Part shown: positions 7,599-11,618 of the stretch, one piece after another
Position numbering within the stretch: the stretch's first letter is position 1
Layout: each line of letters begins with the position of its first letter
Origin: a bacterium
GTDB taxonomy: Bacteria > Zixibacteria > MSB-5A5 > GN15 > FEB-12
DNA: 11,618 bases
Direction: 5' to 3'
Assembly: GCA_043811375.1 (NCBI GenBank)
Contig: JBDRNJ010000076.1
Span: forward strand, 1 to 11,618
Translations under genes and position numbers: made by a program
Notes under the pieces: model-generated
The model's input: only the letters and a program-made list of their open reading frames with translations
Told to the model about the DNA's origin: nothing
Database searches by the model: none

Positions 7599-8279
7599 AT
7601 GGATAAATGGGAAAACTACTTTGCAGATGAAGGAGATATAGCCCGGATTCCTCAGGGAGAGGTCTACGAGTTCGTCGCTGATCTGGAGAAGCACTTCAGC
7701 GAGCGTCCTTTACGAATTTGGGACATGTGCTGTGGGGCCGGTCGGCACACAGTCGCGTTGGCCCGTATCGGTCACGAAGTTTACGCAAGTGATGGCTCAG
7801 CCAGAGCGATCGACCTTACTCGCCAGTGGGTCGAGGAAACAGGACTCACAGCAACGACCTCAATCGCAGAAATGACGGCCTGTCCGTTCAAGGGTGTTTC
7901 CTTCCATGGTGTCGTGAGTTGGGATTCGCTGTGCCATAACACGATAGACAATATCAAGAAGACTGTCGAGGAAGTTCGTCGGCATATGGCTCCAAACGGC
8001 TTGTTCATGGCGAATGTCATGTCAGTGAGTTCAATGGCGGGACATCATGGTTCCGGGCGCGAGATTGAACCATACACGTTTGTCAATGATGATGGACATG
8101 AAGCCGGCATACCACACCATTTCTTCGATGAAGATCGTCTGCGAAGTCTACTGAAGGCGTGGGAGATTGTGGTCATGGCCGAACAGGTGGTATCGTACAA
8201 GGAGACATCGAAAGATACTCCGAGGATCAACCCGTTCTCGGATTCGTTCTGGGGTTTCGTCGTAAGAAGGCCGGCATAG
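7599..8279 (+). CDS. Class I SAM-dependent methyltransferase (226 aa), substrate unknown
   Basis: Motif I IWDMCCGAGRH, VYASDGS, FHGVVSWDSLCH, MAPNGLFM. Start moved to ATG 7599 because GGAGGTGA lies at 7586-7593. Confidence 0.9.
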   Translation: MDKWENYFADEGDIARIPQGEVYEFVADLEKHFSERPLRIWDMCCGAGRHTVALARIGHEVYASDGSARAIDLTRQWVEETGLTATTSIAEMTACPFKGVSFHGVVSWDSLCHNTIDNIKKTVEEVRRHMAPNGLFMANVMSVSSMAGHHGSGREIEPYTFVNDDGHEAGIPHHFFDEDRLRSLLKAWEIVVMAEQVVSYKETSKDTPRINPFSDSFWGFVVRRPA

Positions 8280-8370
8280 CTGCTAAGGTGCTGACTCTCA
8301 TCACGCGAGAAAGAAGCGATGCTACGTATAATAAGCAAAAGAGTTAAAGATTGATCAATTTACTTAGTTA

Positions 8371-8399
8371 TTGACATACTTGCCCCGGTAGAATAGTAT
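8371..8399 (+). promoter_or_regulatory. Putative sigma70 promoter for the glycosyltransferase gene
   Basis: TTGACA (8371-8376), 17 nt, TAGTAT (8394-8399), with AT-rich upstream sequence. Confidence 0.65.
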
Positions 8400-8489
8400 T
8401 ACAGTCGCTATGTATTCAGGGTGTTCGTCACCACATGTATAATATCTCCCCAAATCCGACTACCTTGACGATCCTGACAGCGTGATGCA

Positions 8490-9815
8490 ATGACGGAGTT
8501 GAGAACTGTCCGCATTCATGTCCTGCTGCTCTGGCTGGTTGGGTTGACTCTGCGTGTCGGTTACCTGCTGGCCGGTCTGAAAACTCAAATGCTGGAACAG
8601 GTCGTCGCATTCAGCCCGGACTCACGCCGATACCTGTATGTGGCAGATTATCTTCTGCGCACCAACGCCGATGGTGAGTATTATCTTTTTCAACTCGGAC
8701 CCGGATATCCCGGTATTCTGGCGGTTCTTGAACTGGCTTTCGGACCGGGACTTTCGGCGCCTTTCATTTTCTCGCTGATATTGGGAAGTCTGGCGCCGGT
8801 TATTATTTATCTGACGGCCTGGTACCTGCTCGGCTCAAGGACGGTGGCGTTGCTGGCCGGTTTGATCGCTGCCGTTTCAACGACCTCTCTGGCGCTCAGT
8901 TGCAGTCTGCTGACCGATCAGTCATTCTTCACCTTTCACGCCGCTGCGCTGCTCATGTTCGTGATAGGGATGCGAACAGGGGAGAAGCGATGGTTTGTTG
9001 CCGCTGGTTTTCTGGCCGGCGGCGCCACCTGTATTCGTTATGTAAACCAGTTATGGCTGGCCGTTTTTGTTTTGATCGCGCTGCTGGTTCCGGTTGCCGG
9101 CAGATTCCGCTCCCGCAGAGTGTTGTTGGCGCGGGTCGGGTTGACTGCCGGAATTATGTTGCTGATGATTGTTCTGTGGTCGACCTGGAATTATACGCGG
9201 CATGGCGTCTTTGCCTTTGCCGGAAACGGGCTGAGTACGGCTCGCGGCTACTGGGCAGCCCGCGCTATAGCCGAACATACGGAGGGCATCGACACCAAAG
9301 AGGCGGGCCTGCAATTCGTGACAGAGGACAAGGAGTTATTCGGCGACCGCAAGCTGACCGTAGCCGAGGATTATCAACGCAAACAACAGCATCTGCGCCG
9401 GATGATAAGCGAGCATCCGGGATGGTTTCTGGCCACGTACTTCAGAACTATCAGGGACAACGTTGTCGCTCGCAACTACTTCCCGGCCCGGCAGGTACCC
9501 GCTCTGGCATCTTTCTGGAGGTGGCTGGGCGATCTCAGCGAAAAGTGGCTCCACCCGCTGTGGTTTCTGGCTGCCCTGGCCGGTCTGGGTCTGATGATAC
9601 ACGCCGGGCATCGTCTGGCCTGGATACTGCTGGGATTCACTTTTGTCTACTTCACGCTGGTCACCGGATTCAGTTTCTGGCAGGGTTCCCGGCTGCATTA
9701 TCCGGCTGAAATGGCCGCATCGATCTGCGTCGTGTATCTTATCTGGCATCTGGCGGGGATTGTGAAACGGCGGTATCAGGCATTTCGCAGCCCAGCTGAT
9801 GTTCACCGTCTTTGA
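8490..9815 (+). CDS. GT-C fold integral membrane glycosyltransferase (ArnT/PMT-like, GT39/GT83-type)
   Basis: Many hydrophobic helices; LRV...PDSRRY after TM1, PGYP, LLTDQ, CIRY, late RLHYP motif typical of PMT_2-like proteins. Confidence 0.85.
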   Translation: MTELRTVRIHVLLLWLVGLTLRVGYLLAGLKTQMLEQVVAFSPDSRRYLYVADYLLRTNADGEYYLFQLGPGYPGILAVLELAFGPGLSAPFIFSLILGSLAPVIIYLTAWYLLGSRTVALLAGLIAAVSTTSLALSCSLLTDQSFFTFHAAALLMFVIGMRTGEKRWFVAAGFLAGGATCIRYVNQLWLAVFVLIALLVPVAGRFRSRRVLLARVGLTAGIMLLMIVLWSTWNYTRHGVFAFAGNGLSTARGYWAARAIAEHTEGIDTKEAGLQFVTEDKELFGDRKLTVAEDYQRKQQHLRRMISEHPGWFLATYFRTIRDNVVARNYFPARQVPALASFWRWLGDLSEKWLHPLWFLAALAGLGLMIHAGHRLAWILLGFTFVYFTLVTGFSFWQGSRLHYPAEMAASICVVYLIWHLAGIVKRRYQAFRSPADVHRL

Positions 9816-9937
9816 TTCGGTCAGGCGACAGCTTGACCTTGTTGTATATTGTGATTGACAACTGCAGTAAGCTGTCCGTTATTCAACGATATGCGGAAAT
9901 TCAGAACTAACCAGTGTATTTAATGGAGGAAAACCCT

Positions 9938-10207
9938 TTGACTCATAGTCTGGATGAAGTGAAAGATGCTCTGCGATCCTTGACTGGCAACTGCAACATC
10001 GGTCTTCTGCATCCCCTTGACAAAGAACGTGTCGTCGAAGTGATTTGGGGGCTTGCACAAAAAGGTTTGCTGGATGAGTGTAACATACCAAAAACGGCTC
10101 GCGATGAGTTCGGCTGGAAGCCGCATGCAGTGGACTTCCTCAAGTCGACCGTCGATGTTGTGGACGTGTTACATCCAATGGTGGCAAGCGGAACAATCAA
10201 ATTATGA
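9938..10207 (+). CDS. Small hypothetical protein (89 aa), DUF1889/YoaC-like
   Basis: TTG start 8 nt after GGAGG (9925-9929). Pattern AL.SLT...N..L.HP.D....E....L...G...GW.P recalls DUF1889 homologues (from memory, unverified). Confidence 0.65.
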   Translation: MTHSLDEVKDALRSLTGNCNIGLLHPLDKERVVEVIWGLAQKGLLDECNIPKTARDEFGWKPHAVDFLKSTVDVVDVLHPMVASGTIKL

Positions 10208-10369
10208 GGTAAACTGAGACCATCTCCGAGGAAGTGTATATAACAATGTGGACTCCACGTTAACTCAAAACCCATGTAGTGCAAGCTACAATCATCATGG
10301 GTATTGTCATCATCGTTTATATCGTGCGGCGGTTGTGGAAATAATATTTAAGGGAGGTTGGTACATCAC

Positions 10370-10795
10370 ATGAGTGTAGTAGCCATTATTGCGATTTACG
10401 CTGCTGTAATTTCCACACTTGCACTGTTGTGGCAGATATACACTTGGCGAAAGAGCCGTCCCGATATCACGATCACTGCCAATGTTCGGTCGCTGGATGA
10501 ACCTGATAGACCTCCGGTGAGTCGGGCTGAATGCATCTGTAGAATCGTCAACTCCGGCGGGCACCCTGCGAGTCTCGTCGACATATGGGCTGACCAAGTG
10601 TCTACAGTCGATGTGCTCGGCGTCGTGTCAATTCGTCGAGACGTCGATGGTGTGACACTGCCGCTTCTTCTCAGTCCCGGAGAATGCTACGAGTGGCGAT
10701 TCTCGTTTCCAAAGGGCTATGGGCTTCGGTGCAATGCCAAAGACGCCTTAGGAAGAGTCTACCAATCCGGAGTGAGTAGTCGACAGACCAGCTGA
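10370..10795 (+). CDS. Hypothetical protein with N-terminal transmembrane anchor and beta-rich domain (141 aa)
   Basis: AGGGAGG at 10351-10357; N-terminal helix VVAIIAIYAAVISTLALLWQIY followed by RKSRP; IVNSGGHP and LSPGE motifs typical of small Ig-like sandwiches. Confidence 0.75.
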   Translation: MSVVAIIAIYAAVISTLALLWQIYTWRKSRPDITITANVRSLDEPDRPPVSRAECICRIVNSGGHPASLVDIWADQVSTVDVLGVVSIRRDVDGVTLPLLLSPGECYEWRFSFPKGYGLRCNAKDALGRVYQSGVSSRQTS

Positions 10796-11229
10796 CCCGC
10801 ACTGAAGCCCATAGCATATTTACACTCCACAGCCGACGCTCGGAAACCGTATCACCATAGCCTCGAACGCTCTCTGGTCGACGGGAAGTCTTGGGCTTGC
10901 TTTTCGCGATGGCAGGCAGTATTATTGACAGGTATTGTCAGCCTGCCCCGGAATTGACGTCTTTTCGGCAGAAGCATCGAATATGTCGGTGCCATTCGCT
11001 GGGCGGACTCAAGCAGGTTTTGTTTGGGACAGGTCTGATAAGTAGCAGGCACAGTGCAGATTATAAATGTTGTTCAAGCAGATCAGATACTGTTTCGTTA
11101 GCTCGTATATCCATTCTATCGGTGCCGGGATCGATGGGAATAACGGCAGCGGTGCTGAGGACACGCCGGTCCACAACCTGAAGAAAAACTTCGTTTGCTG
11201 TCCAACTTCCTGAGGGTTGACCTGTAATT

Positions 11230-11618
11230 ATGACAGTAACAAAAGATGTGGAATTGGTTTGCAAGTGCCTGGGAGGTGAAGTAGAGGCTTTCGGCCTGCT
11301 GGTTGACCGTTATCAAAATGCGATATACAATGCTTCCTGGCGGATGGTGAACAATCACCAGGACGCCGAGGATATCACCCAGACGGTTTTTCTCAAGGCC
11401 TTTGAGAAGCTTGGCTCTTTTAACCCCCGGCACAAGTTCTTTAGCTGGATTTACAGGATTATGGTTAACGAAACTCTGAATTTTATAAGTCGGCGGCGGC
11501 AATTAACACCACTCAATGACGAATTGATTGCGGACCACACCGACCCCGAACGCCGGTTCATTGCCAACGAGCAAAGTAGGCAAATTCAACAGGCCATTGC
11601 CGAACTCGGGATGGACCA
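11230..11618 (+). CDS. ECF (sigma-70 group 4) RNA polymerase sigma factor, 3' truncated by window edge
   Basis: Manual translation: MTVTKDVELVCKCLGGEVEAFGLLVDRYQNAIYNASWRMVNNHQDAEDITQTVFLKAFEKLGSFNPRHKFFSWIYRIMVNETLNF... Region 2 motifs DAEDITQ.VF and FFSWIYRI..N; frame open to the window end. Confidence 0.95.
   Translation, partial: MTVTKDVELVCKCLGGEVEAFGLLVDRYQNAIYNASWRMVNNHQDAEDITQTVFLKAFEKLGSFNPRHKFFSWIYRIMVNETLNFISRRRQLTPLNDELIADHTDPERRFIANEQSRQIQQAIAELGMD

Noticed and set aside
8900..9806. 269-aa alternative-frame ORF and antisense ORFs within the glycosyltransferase
   Set aside because: Arg/Gly/Ser-rich off-frame translations fully inside a well-supported gene.
9816..10910. Integron cassette array (attC sites between small co-oriented genes)
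   Set aside because: The hairpins lack properly placed RYYYAAC/GTTRRRY boxes and do not resemble each other; no integrase seen.
7412..11030. TTTGGGAC at 7412 and 11023 as direct repeats bounding an island
   Set aside because: An 8-bp match is expected by chance in a window of this size and is not part of the tRNA 3' end.
10852..11502. ORFs 10852..11052, 10891..11181, 11061..11264, 11116..11502
   Set aside because: No convincing RBS or protein motifs; the last two overlap the ECF sigma gene in antisense.

Overview
Chromosomal window from a diderm bacterium (inferred from the outer-membrane beta-barrel gene; lineage cannot be determined from sequence alone). The core is a tightly packed minus-strand unit: secreted tandem aspartyl protease, OM beta-barrel, gap, pgk, tpiA, secG, tRNA-Leu(GAG). 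Left of tRNA-Leu (1-1118) is the AT-richer edge of a probable tRNA-integrated genomic island. It has an att-like site (IHF-like boxes, 10-bp-phased repeats, TTGGCC arm-like repeats), a 195-aa orphan with a HEPN-like motif, and the right end of an IS256-family element that the ORF track misses. To the right, a divergent tRNA-Arg(ACG) is followed by co-oriented accessory genes: class I SAM methyltransferase, GT-C (ArnT/PMT-like) glycosyltransferase, DUF1889/YoaC-like small protein, a membrane-anchored hypothetical, and the 5' part of an ECF sigma factor (also missing from the ORF track). No complete novel multi-gene system is demonstrable here. The best leads are the island edge and its HEPN-like orphan, with most of the island lying beyond the left edge.
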